This document shows, one piece after another, positions 10,001 through 22,205 of a DNA stretch of 32,606 bases. The stretch's first letter is position 1. Every line of letters starts with the position of its first letter. The stretch spans positions 1 through 32,606 of the forward strand of contig JAQGDQ010001610.1 in the NCBI GenBank assembly GCA_030141605.1, in the 5' to 3' direction. The notes below the pieces were generated by a model, which saw only the letters and a list, made by a program, of their open reading frames with translations, ran no database searches and was not told the DNA's origin. Source of the stretch: Tubiluchus corallicola (taxonomy: Eukaryota; Animalia; Priapulida). Both the position numbers and the translations under genes were made by a program.

Positions 10001-13000
10001 ATGCTTTAAAGTAAAATGCATCAAAAATAGGGTTAAATGTCAACTTTTTGTTTTCCATAAAAACAAACGCAAAATATATTGGACATTTTTGTTTTTGTAG
10101 AAACTTAACAAAAATAACGGCAAACTTTAACAGCAATTGTCGCAAGATTATGTTTTTCAGTGTGCATGTACACCTCAACTTCAAAGTTGAGATTGAGATC
10201 GTGAAATTCAGGGATGAGAATTTTCCGCAGATACGTGGAATTCTGAGTTTCTGGAAGACCAGTAGTGCCATTTTTGTAATGAGAAAATTTTATGGACCCA
10301 GTACATTATTTAACAACCTGACCGCTAGTTGGCAGGCCGTCACTTTGTTTACATCACGTACATCAGTGTAACCACGTGTATATCTCTGTGTATAGAAATA
10401 TAGAATTAATTGTGCGGAGTTATTTGAGTCAATTGCAGAATGTTTTTATATACTTTTGCATAGGCGCGGCCAGTACTCAGGCGTTTTTTAGACACTTGAA
10501 CCCCCATGGGGACCTACGCGGCCTCCAAACCCCCGGCCTGTTTCAGAGTTTTTTGCAATTTGTCATTCTCTTCCCAGGAAATTGAGATTCGGGATATCTT
10601 TTTTACTGTGGAAGCACACAAATAATTCAATTTGCTTTTTTTATAAAGCAACATAAGAGTTGTTAAAGAGCTTGATAAGGGCAGACTGTAGTACATGCCA
10701 TTATAATTTTTTTAATATATATTGTCAACTGCCTGTAGCTAATTATAATATAGTCATTATTAGCTATAGTAGCTATATAGCCACTATTAACTATAGTCAC
10801 TTATGTGCTATGTAACTTTTCTAACTTAGTATCTTCAATAATACTAAAATGTTTTATTTACTTTTGAGTATTCAGATGTAGTATCATGTATGATAACTTG
10901 ATAGATATTTTATTTCTGAAAATCAAATTTCCAACACGAAAATTACAAACTCGACGCATACCCGATGGGTTTATCAGCGGGCAGAGCTCGGGTAATGATT
11001 TCCAGATCATACTAACAATTTGACTCAAACATAGCTGCACGAGGTATATACACAGATATACAAATTTAGTTGTAAACTCCATGATGCGAAAAAACTATTT
11101 ACTAAGCATTTGTGCACATGTGATAAACAAATATTTTACCTATATGATAATCACAGTGATGCGGTTATATGTCCGCTAACAAAGCTGTACTATTTAATTC
11201 ACAAATCTATGCATACAGTCATAAATGAAATTTCCAATCGACATTAATTCTCTGTCAAATAAATTTGCAATATTACTATAATACTTTTGAGTATTCAGAT
11301 GTAGTATCATGTATGATAACTAATTATTATAATATGTATGTAAACATTTACTAATTTGCATAAGTTTTAAAAAATAAATAATATTAGCAGAAAGAAATAT
11401 CAATAGTGGCATTTATAGCAGTTTTTGCTATCTCAGGCAAATTACATTAGACAGATAACCGATTTTTAAAGAGTTTGTAATTAGAATTTATAATTTTTAT
11501 TAGTTGTAAAATGGAACTTAAAAAATTATATTTTTGCCAGTATCAATGCTAATGTTATCAGAAAAATATTTTGTCAAACAAGTAAATCATTAGATTGTGT
11601 TGGCTAGAGTTTTTGCTAGCCCTTTTGATGGAATGATTTAGCAATTAATATTACATTTTTTGTGGTAATTGCTTGGTTAACCGTTGATTGACTCATAAGT
11701 TAGTTGTAAGTACATTCATATTCGGTGTGCCAGACCTTGCTTTTGCAAATATCGGAAAATTCGTTCAAAATCTGGTCCGTTTAAATGTCTGGCATACTAC
11801 GGTTACAGTCCGTTATTTCGCGAGCTGACAGCTAGTTGGCTGGCCGTCACTTTGTTTACCTCCAAGCAGCATGTAACGACACGTGTGTAGCTTATTTGTC
11901 AGCTTGGTTAAATCAGCGTGCGTAAGTGACTTCGAGTCAATTATGCAGAGTTATTTGAGTCCTTTGCCGACCGTTTTTATATACTTTAGCGGCCCGTACT
12001 AAACGTTTTGAGACAATTTGGTGATAGATTCTACATTGCCATGAGTCTAATACATGTTGCCTACTATGTTAGCTTTGTGTCAGAAAATACGGACAATCGG
12101 CAAATTCGTACTGACATCTCCCCACTTTTGTCTGTCAAACCGAGATATGAGTGCATAGATAAGTTTTGTGTGCAATAGTGAATTAATAAATAAAGCTTTT
12201 TCTCTTGCAGATTGAAAAGCTAGTTGAACGAGTGCAAACAGCAACTTTACTTGATGACCGTCGGGATGCTGTCAGAGCTCTTAAATCTTTATCAAAGGTT
12301 TGTCATTATCATAATTTATGTCATTTCTTGCTAGATTAAAATATGGCCATTTTTAATTTAATATTTACATACTTTGACATACGTTTTTACATATATATTT
12401 ACATCCGTTTTCCATGAAAATTTGCACTTGCAACCCGAAACAATACATTTCGATACCTTCTAAAAATGTTCATAAATATTTCTTAACACCTCTGTGTTAA
12501 GTTAGACAAGTTCTAGGATGTAATACAAGTCTACTTATCTTTGAAAAACTTTTGAGAAACTCGATGTGTTTTGTATATTTATAGTTTTGCATTCTCACAT
12601 GTAAAAGATCTTACGTTAAGACATGTACAGTCCGTTAAGGTAAACATATGTGGCCTCTGTGGAATGAATAATACCTTTTTTAAAAATCCTAAATCTATTT
12701 GTTTGTTACAGAAATTTAAGTTAGAGGTTGGTGCCCAAGCAATGGATACGATGCTTTCCGTAATTGAAAAAGACCGCGCTGATCCCGAGACTGTTGGCTA
12801 TGCTGTCGATACTTTATATAATGTCTTGTCACCAGAAACAGATGGTGATGGTATTGGTATGTCTGTTGTATTGTTTTATTCACCGTATTTCTTTACTTCA
12901 GCTTCATATTTTAATTAGCTGTTTGTTTACAGAAGGATGGTAATTTATTAAGTGATCATATAAAGCTTTTGTAGTTAGGGTCATTACTAGAGAGGATCCC

Positions 13001-13061
13001 TGATTAAAAATAGGATTTTTTGAATGTGATTCATATAGGACTATACTAGGTGGGAGAATGA

Positions 13062-13093
<32 letters not shown>

Positions 13094-16000
13094 CTTTATT
13101 TAAAGTCAGCTTTCGTTACAACAATTAACATTAACTCAAAGAGCTATTATCACTGACTGTAAATAACAACCTACAACTACATAACAGAGACTATTATTAC
13201 CCACTTTTACCCTAAATACCACGCGTCAGGCAGGGCAACAGCAGGTACCATTTTTAAAGTCTTTGGTACGACCCGGCCGCTAGTTCGAACTCACGACCTC
13301 CCAGACGGAAAGCAGACGCATTACCACTAGACTAAACCGTCAGGTCGAAACGTCATGTTTGACAATTTTGGGCAACAGCTGACCAAAAGCAGGTGTCAAA
13401 ATGATTCATCTTTTGCCTCACCTCCATTGTTCACAATGTTGCTATTGGTAACTTTCACACGGATGCTTGTTTCAGAAAAAGATCCTGGTGATAATGCGGA
13501 GTTGATCGAACTTGCCAATCAGTTTACCGAGATTTTCATTAAAAAGCCAGAAAATGTTCTGCTTATACTTGATCTGTTGGACGAGTACGATTTCCATCTA
13601 AGATGGCCGACAGTTAAACTGATGACTGCTCTCCTAACTAATCGGTGAGCGAACATTTGATTTTTTTGAATTGTAAGTTTTACATCAATGACTGTCATCA
13701 GAGAAAAACTCGGAAGTCAATGTCGTAGTTCTTCAATTGATCACTAGATGTCGATAATCAGCTCTGATGATGATGATGACTTGTGATACACCACTGTGCG
13801 TTTACTACAAAATTAGCCACTAGATGGTGCCAGCCATCAATGCTTAAGAAAACTTTAGATAAATGACTTTGTGAAAAATCAGCCACTAGATGGTGCCACA
13901 ACACACAGCAATTCAAGCAAACTGGATCTCATTGGCCTGTGGTGGCTTATTTTAGTATTTTATGGACCAAAACTATTCCAAAAACTGTCTCACAAACAAA
14001 ATCCTACTGGCTGATGTTTTGTGCTTATTTTGCCACTGTGTAAAAGGAAATTGAAGAAGTTTATAATTTCTCACACAATTTAAATCGTCTAACTCTAACC
14101 CTAGCCGCAATCCTAGCTCTAATAGTATCCCGAACCGTAACCCCAAACTTAACCCATATCCTAATCTGCAATCCTAGCTCTAATAGTATCCCGAACCGTA
14201 ACCCCAGTCTTAACCCATATCCTGATCTGCAATCCTAGCTCTAATACTATCCCGAACCGTAACCCCAATCTTAACCCATATCCTAATCTGCAATCCTAGC
14301 TCTAATAGTATCCTGAACCGTAACCCCAATCTTAACCCATATCCTGATCTGCAATCCTAGCTCTAATAGTATCCTGAACCGTAACCCCAGTCTTAACCCA
14401 TATCCTTATCTGCAATCCTAGCTCTAATAGTATCCTGAACCGTAACCCCAATCTTAACCCATATCCTAATCTGCAATCCTAGCTCTAATAGTATCCTGAA
14501 CCGTAACCCCAATCTTAACCCATATCCTGATCTGCAATCCTAGCTCTAATAGTATCCTGAACCGTAACCCCAGTCTTAACCCATATCCTAATCTGCAATC
14601 CTAGCTCTAATAGTATCCTGAACCGTAACCCCAATCTTAACCCATATCCTAATCTGCAATCCTAGCTCTAATAGTATCCTGAACCGTAACCCCAATCTTA
14701 ACCCATATCCTGATCTGCAATCCTAGCTCTAATAGTATCCTGAACCGTAACCCCAGTCTTAACCCATATCCTAATCTGCAATCCTAGCTCTAATAGTATC
14801 CTGAACCGTAACCCCAATCTTAACCCATATCCTAATCTGCAATCCTAGCTCTAATAGTATCCTGAACCGTAACCCCAATCTTAACCCATATCCTGATCTG
14901 CAATCCTAGCTCTAATAGTATCCTGAACCGTAACCCCAGTCTTAACCCATATCCTAATCTGCAATCCTAGCTCTAATAGTATCCTGAACCGTAACCCCAA
15001 TCTTAACCCATATCCTAATCTGCAATCCTAGCTCTAATAGTATCCTGAACCGTAACCCCAATCTTAACCCATATCCTGATCTGCAATCCTAGCTCTAATA
15101 GTATCCTGAACCGTAACCCCAGTCTTAACCCATATCCTAATCTGCAATCCTAGCTCTAATAGTATCCTGAACCGTAACCCCAATCTTAACCCATATCCTA
15201 ATCTGCAATCCTAGCTCTAATAGTATCCTGAACCGTAACCCCAATCTTAACCCATATCCTGATCTGCAATCCTAGCTCTAATAGTATCCTGAACCGTAAC
15301 CCCAATCTTAACCCATATCCTGATCTGCAATCCTAGCTCTAATACTATCCCGAACCGTAACCCCAATCTTAACCCATATCCTAATCTGCTTCGCGAACTA
15401 ATTTCTTTTTTCTTGAGGAATTGTAAACTTTAGTCAACCGCAAATAAATTTTCTAATAAGTCGTTGATAAAAAATGTAAAAGAGACACTTAAACTCTATA
15501 TAAAAGAGACACATAAACTAGAGTTTAGTGTAAAACACGCTTTCTAATTTCATGTTTCATGTTTGTAGAGCAAAAGAGACGCAAGAGATCGTTATTAGTT
15601 CTCCGATGGCGGTGTCAAAGTTGATGGATTTGTTATCAGACAGTAGAGAAGTTATACGCAATGATGTAAGTTGAGTTTCCATGACTTTGATATAAGATGC
15701 TCAAATTGGCCTTTATGTTCAATAGCATATTTTTGCCAGTATATATATACAGTGTTCAAACTACGCCAAGACCTTCTATGAATGAGTCGGTGAGACTTAA
15801 AGGTAAAGTCTACAAAGAAGTGGTCAGACCCGCTCTAATCTGTGGGTTGGAAGCAGCTTCTCTATAGAAGACCGAAGAGAAGAAAATGGATGTGGTGGAG
15901 ATGAGGATGTTGAGATGGATGGTGGGAATAACAAGAAGAGATAAAATTAGAAACAATAATATCAGAGGAACAGTAAAAGTAGTAGAAGCCTCGCAAGATT

Positions 16001-19000
16001 GCGATGGTATGGACACCTGAAAAGAAGAGTCGGTGAAGATCATGTGGGAAGGGAGGAATGAAGAGATGGTCAACAACAGGAATGCGTGGAGAAGACTTTT
16101 TCACAACGGCGACCCCGCATAGGGAAAAGCTGGGAAGAAGAAGAAGTTCAATAGCATATTGAGCAAGTGCGAAGCGACTGCAAATACATTTTGAAGATTA
16201 CAAGACTTAACAGTGACTGTTCGTCATATGATTCGATACGAACTTTGAACTGTTTTTATTATTTTGTAATTTTTAAAGGAAAAGAAATAGGAATTTTAAG
16301 TATATCTCAAAAATCTTTCCATATAAACTTATATTACTTAACATTAAGCTTAGCTGTTTTAAAATTGGGAAAGAAAATTCTTAATAATTTAAAATGTTTG
16401 CGCCAACTTATAAAATGGCTTGGCCTCATGGAAGTGTGCACCACTGACTCGCTAAAAAACACTACTGTTGTTACTAAAAATATAAACTAAAAATATATAA
16501 TTTATACTTTTGCTTAGTTAGCGACTAATGCGCTACGAATGCCCTGATTTTTTTTTAACTTTACACGATGCCATCTAAACTTCTTGCAAGTAACATACCA
16601 TTAAAATGGCTTTGCTTGACAGAGTTTAAATTTATAGGTTTTATACAGCGTTACTGCTGATGCCAGCTCTATATGCAACAAGACAGAATGTCAGCCACAC
16701 AAAATTTTAAGACGAATTTTTTAAGCTTTATTTATGAAGAGTCTGTTCTGATCGTTGTAAGTGAGGTGGTGCTATTGCTGTGACTAGTCCCGCAATGTTG
16801 CACAGCTTCCTGTTTTCAAGAATCTCTAATAATAGCTCACTGGATACCCGAGAAAAACTCTTCGAATAGAAGAGAAAAGCTGTCTCAGTGCCTTCTATTT
16901 ATGCTTGGGACACAATGTCCGTCTTTGGCACGAACTCAGAGATTGTTAGTCATCCTTCTTCAAATAGCAGACGAGATTCTAGAAATGTAATGGAAATTTT
17001 AGTCAGCTGTTTTATGCATTTTTTTGATAAGTGTCCTTTCTCCTGAAATCTCCTTCTTTTTCAGGCTTTGCTGCTGTTGCAACGGCTTACGAAAGCTCAT
17101 GCCAACATACAAAAAATTGTTGCATTTGAGAATGCCTTTGACAGATTGCTGGTTATCATCTCCGAAGAAGGCAATAGCGATGGGGGTAAGACTTCCTTAC
17201 AGTTCTATATCTTAAAAAGCTGGTTACATTTGCCAAATGAAATCTTTTAGTGTCTAAAATTGTCCTGTATTCTAGAAATTGATGTGCTGTCAGGGATTCA
17301 AAATCATGTTCACCAGTCAAGTTACTATTTACTAGGGGTGTCCCTTATTTACCAGAATGCAAATTTGAATCGAATCAAATTTCTGACCTTCGAACTCGAA
17401 TGAAACCGAATTACAGCATTTTTGAATCAAAGTTTTGGAATTTTGTTTACAGATTTTTGAATAAATGTTCCTTCCGTCCACTTGTAACATTAAATGAATC
17501 CAATTTAAATTCAATCCAATTCAATTCAATTTATTTATTAACTCCGCAAGGAATTATCAAAATACAGTATTAGGAATACATGCAATATTATGTAACAAAG
17601 GAGAAGGGCAGCGAAGAACCCGTAGGTTATCTAGTCAGCCACCCTTAAATAGCTAGGATTAAATAAAATTAATTTTGGCACCGTTTTCTCAATTTAAATT
17701 TGAATTCTGTTGACATGTGTAATTAGCAATTAACTGATGGGAAACACAATATTGTAGAACATTATAATTTAAATAACCAAAAATTTACAATTCTAAAATA
17801 CTGTGAATATGCGAATCAAACAAAATAAAAATAACTTAAGATTTTTAACATAACAGAAAATGCATAATCCAAAACTGTAGTACGCAGAATTTCCTGATAT
17901 TAAATTAGTCACGAGCATTGTACACATAGGGTAATCATGCTTGAGTGTACATAATATTCTATAAGTATCGACACGAGTTAAGCACACTCGACCAGATATA
18001 GTCAAGTGTAGCGCGTTATACTCGCGCAATTGGATCGGAATTCATTCAGTCTTCTACCAGTTTAATGCATATTTTGGCGAAATTTTAGCAAAGAATGTGA
18101 GCACGTATCTTCACTGTATTTGTCTGTCTGTTAGACTTCTGGATTTTTGTCTAATTTTGGTTGTAATATCCATTTAATTACTGTTGCATCAATCTTTCTT
18201 GCACAGGTATTGTTGTAGAGGATTGCTTGTTGCTGTTACTGAATTTGCTAAAGCACAACAGTTCAAACCAGAACTTCTTCAAAGAAGGTAGTTTCATACA
18301 ACGTATGACGCCATTTTTTGAGCTGGACAGCGATGAGAGCACGGCAGGATGGTCGGCTCAGAAAGTGACCAACGTCCATCTTATGCTGCAGGTAAAGTCT
18401 CGTTATGAATCGTTTTTATTGCCATAATTGCCTGCGTGCCATTGTTGGCATTTTAAATGGTCACATGAATGCTAGAATGAAGGGATGTTATTTATTGTGT
18501 GAACCCACCCTAAGGTTATGGCAGCTTATGTGCGCACAGGAAAACTATATCCATTTAGATTGTTTTATGATTTCTATTGAAGGTTGTTCGAACGCTAGTT
18601 TCGCCAACAAATTCAATGCAGATTTTGACGTCGTGCCAAAAGGTTATGTATCAGTGCGGGTTACTGAAACAGCTGTGCTCTATTTTAATGGCCACTGGTG
18701 TTCCTGCCGACATCTTAACAGAGGTATTATTATTATCGTATATATTAATTCTGCTGGTATGTTATATATATATATATATGTGTGTGTATTTATATATTTA
18801 TATATATAAGATTCGAGGCTACAACTTCTTTGACGGCAATATTTGTGGCGATCTATATATCAAACGAAAGGTCTCGATCTAGTATCGTGCCATTGGGGGT
18901 TTATTTTTTGAATCGGGTCCACCGGGACAAACGGGGGGGGGGCGAAAAACCTCCAAAAATGGCCCTTTTTCGGCCGTTTTTTGCAAAAGTTATACGTCTG

Positions 19001-20138
19001 AGATCTAAAGAACGAATGGGAATGGGCCATGGGTGGTGCTGACTATGGATAGATAGCCCGTTTCATAGGCGTATTTAGAATTCGCGAGAGGGCCACGGCG
19101 TCCCGCAACGGGCAGTTTTCCCGGACCTGACTCTTGATTTTTTTTGGAAATTTTGACCAAACAGCCTGTGGAAAAAACGTTCTAGTGACGACGAGTTAAT
19201 TAGATGTTCTATTTTTAGCAATTTTTGCTTGGAAAACTGCTGACGCAAAGCCATAGTTCTGACATCATCCATTATACTCTGCTTATAACTTTAATTCAGT
19301 AAAAGCTGCTGCTGCTGCTGCTGGCTTTGTGTTGTAAATGAGGACTGTGTAGGATGTTCGCGTATTATTGATTATAAGTGTATTTATACGCAAAATTTTT
19401 TGCGGGGCCTTTGCTAGTTATTATTATTATTATTATATCATATTATTTATGATGAAAACTGACACAAAAATTATGTTGGTTACTTTGCAAATTTCATATG
19501 ATTGATTTCCTTATTGTTATCTTACATTTCTGCATTTTTAATTATGCTTCTCACTGTTCTTTGAAATTCCGAATAGTTAGCACGATATTTTTACATTCTG
19601 TGATAATTACTTGTGATTGGTGATACCGTGGCTGATTGCACTGTGCACTGTAGACTTTGCAAACTTCCATAGTGCATGCAAAATTGGGAGAGTCGGCCTT
19701 ATCCGTATTTGGATTACATGGATCTTTCGCAAAGAGATACTTATAATACTTATAATACTTATCATATAATACAATTTTAGTGGTTCCATGTCTCATGCAG
19801 TTGTAATATAATATATTGGCCTCCAATCAATTATAATGCTATTTTAATATACCTCTATGTAAATTAAACATACACTGTGGTCATTTCTTCTCCTCTTTTC
19901 CTTCTTCCTATCCCTAATCTTACTATTTTTTTCCATTCCATCATGTCTACTAACCCTAACCATTCTTTCATTCACTCATTTGTGCCACCTTAACAAGCCA
20001 ATCTTTCAAGGTGTCATACAGCAACTCTTTTATTTGGTTAATTTGACTTCACCAACGTTTTTTTACCTATACTGTTTCTTTTTGTTTCAATAATATTGTA
20101 TGTTGATGTATTGTATATGCATTGCTGGAGTGAAATAA

Positions 20139-20199
<61 letters not shown>

Positions 20200-22152
20200 G
20201 ATAACCTGTGGTCGGTCTGATAGATGAAACTACTTCGAAGCATTTTTTTGTCTAAACAAAGGCCCGTTTATTAATATCTCACATCTAGTGTTAGTTATTA
20301 TATATGAAGTTTTTACGAACAATTTTGATAATTTATCTCTAGACAATTAACACCGTGTCAGAGGTTGTCCGCGGCAACCAGCAGAATCAGGAATATTTTG
20401 CATCCGTGATGGCTCCGTCAAGTCCACCTAGGTATGGATATTGATTACAAAATTTATTGAAATATGTGTGCTAACCTTCGCTCACCGGGATTTCAAGTAC
20501 ATTTCGTGACTTGCTTGTGGTGCGTTTGCATTTTTGGTGTAAAAGCAAACGTGGTGTGGTGCACATTGTATATAGCTGATATTATAGCTTCCGTATAATA
20601 TAGTATTACATACTTTTATTTTAAGTTTCTGTGCACAATAGTTTTCACTTTGCATCGGACACCTGCATCTTTTGTTTTTTGATAGATGTTGTTAAGGTCA
20701 GTTTCTGGCCTAACATGTAGGTGGCAGCACCTATGTGACCTTACCTGTAATTTTAGCTGTGAAGTTGTAAATTAGGTTGAGCCTCACTAAACACGCTCAC
20801 AGAAGCCTCTGCAAATGCTAAATAATGTTTAGATAAATTTTCAAGTATAGCGTCTTTACCTGAATTGCTGTAAACCAGTATGACGTTCCAAGGTTGTATT
20901 AAGTTGTTATAGCCACACGATGCTTTTATTGTCTTAAATTATAATAGTTAGACCATTATACATTTGTAAGCAGTGAAAGTAGTCAAATTTATTATTTTCA
21001 TTTTTTTTATATACAGAATTTAAGATTTCTGAGAACACTATATGCTATGAAGGAAATTCTTTTGTGTTCCCGCCACAGATGTAACTACGTCATTATCTGT
21101 TTTTTAGAAAACTGCTCACCCTGTTAACAAACAAAGAACAATGGAAGAGCTAAGCTGTGTTCGCGTAGTTTTTTTCTTAGAGATATTACTTATCAGTGCT
21201 GTTGCTGAATTCAATGTTAAAGCATTCCAACTAATATGCAAAAATAACATAAATGATGCATATTTTAGTAAATCAGATAGCTTCTGCCCGTTGCTAACTC
21301 CTGGACTTTTAAACGTGTGAAAACACATAGTTCTCAAAGTAGGATACAATGAGATAAGGAAAATATTCAGGGTAATTTTCCACCTTGCAGTCTATTGGAA
21401 ATTTGGTCAAAAACTTCTGATTTTCATTGTTTCTGTGTAGAAGTTTCAAAGAAAAGTTTCAGTTATGTGTAAAGTGAGTTGCCCTTGCTAAAAAAATCTG
21501 TTTTAGTCGAGTCTGAGACTGTAATGAATGAATTAACCAGCTGTGCAATTGGCAAAATTCACAGCTAAATATCAGTATTTTATTTAGAAGTGTAATTAAT
21601 TTTATTTGTTTTTTTTAGGCCAGCCATAGTTGTGCTTTTAATGTCTATGGTTAATGAAAAACAACCATTTATTCTACGCTGTGCTGTCCTCTATTGCTTC
21701 CAGTCGTTTCTGTACAAAAACGAGCTTGGACAACGACAGATCGTTAGCACGTTGCTGCCTCAAACTGCAGACGGTAAGCCGAGTTTTTTTGTCAAATTAT
21801 TATTACAGGTTTAAAGACAAATCAAGTCCCTAATCAGCATTTAAAACAAAATTAAAATCACTAATATTAACCAGATACGAAATACCATCACACCAGTACG
21901 ACCACATACACACTAATTCACAATTCATATATCCACGGCCATATTAATTAAATCATAATTTTCATTTTTTTTTGCATAGTTGTAAATATGTTTGATTTTA
22001 TTCGTCGTTACTTTCCATTACTGCACAGTAGTTTAGATTGCACTGACGCATTTGCCTTTAGCAGTGTAAGTTTTTATTAACTAACACTGATTGATCATCT
22101 CTGTAAAGTTTTTATCAGTGATTATCAATGTATTCTAATGGCAAATAAAGAT

Positions 22153-22205
<53 letters not shown>

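Noticed and set aside
14090-15389. True interstitial telomere
   Set aside because: The hexamers are highly degenerate and fixed in a 61-bp unit; there is no (CCCTAA)n tract.
15810-16104. Minus-strand ORFs of 88 and 80 aa
   Set aside because: Antisense of the purine-rich RTE fragment.
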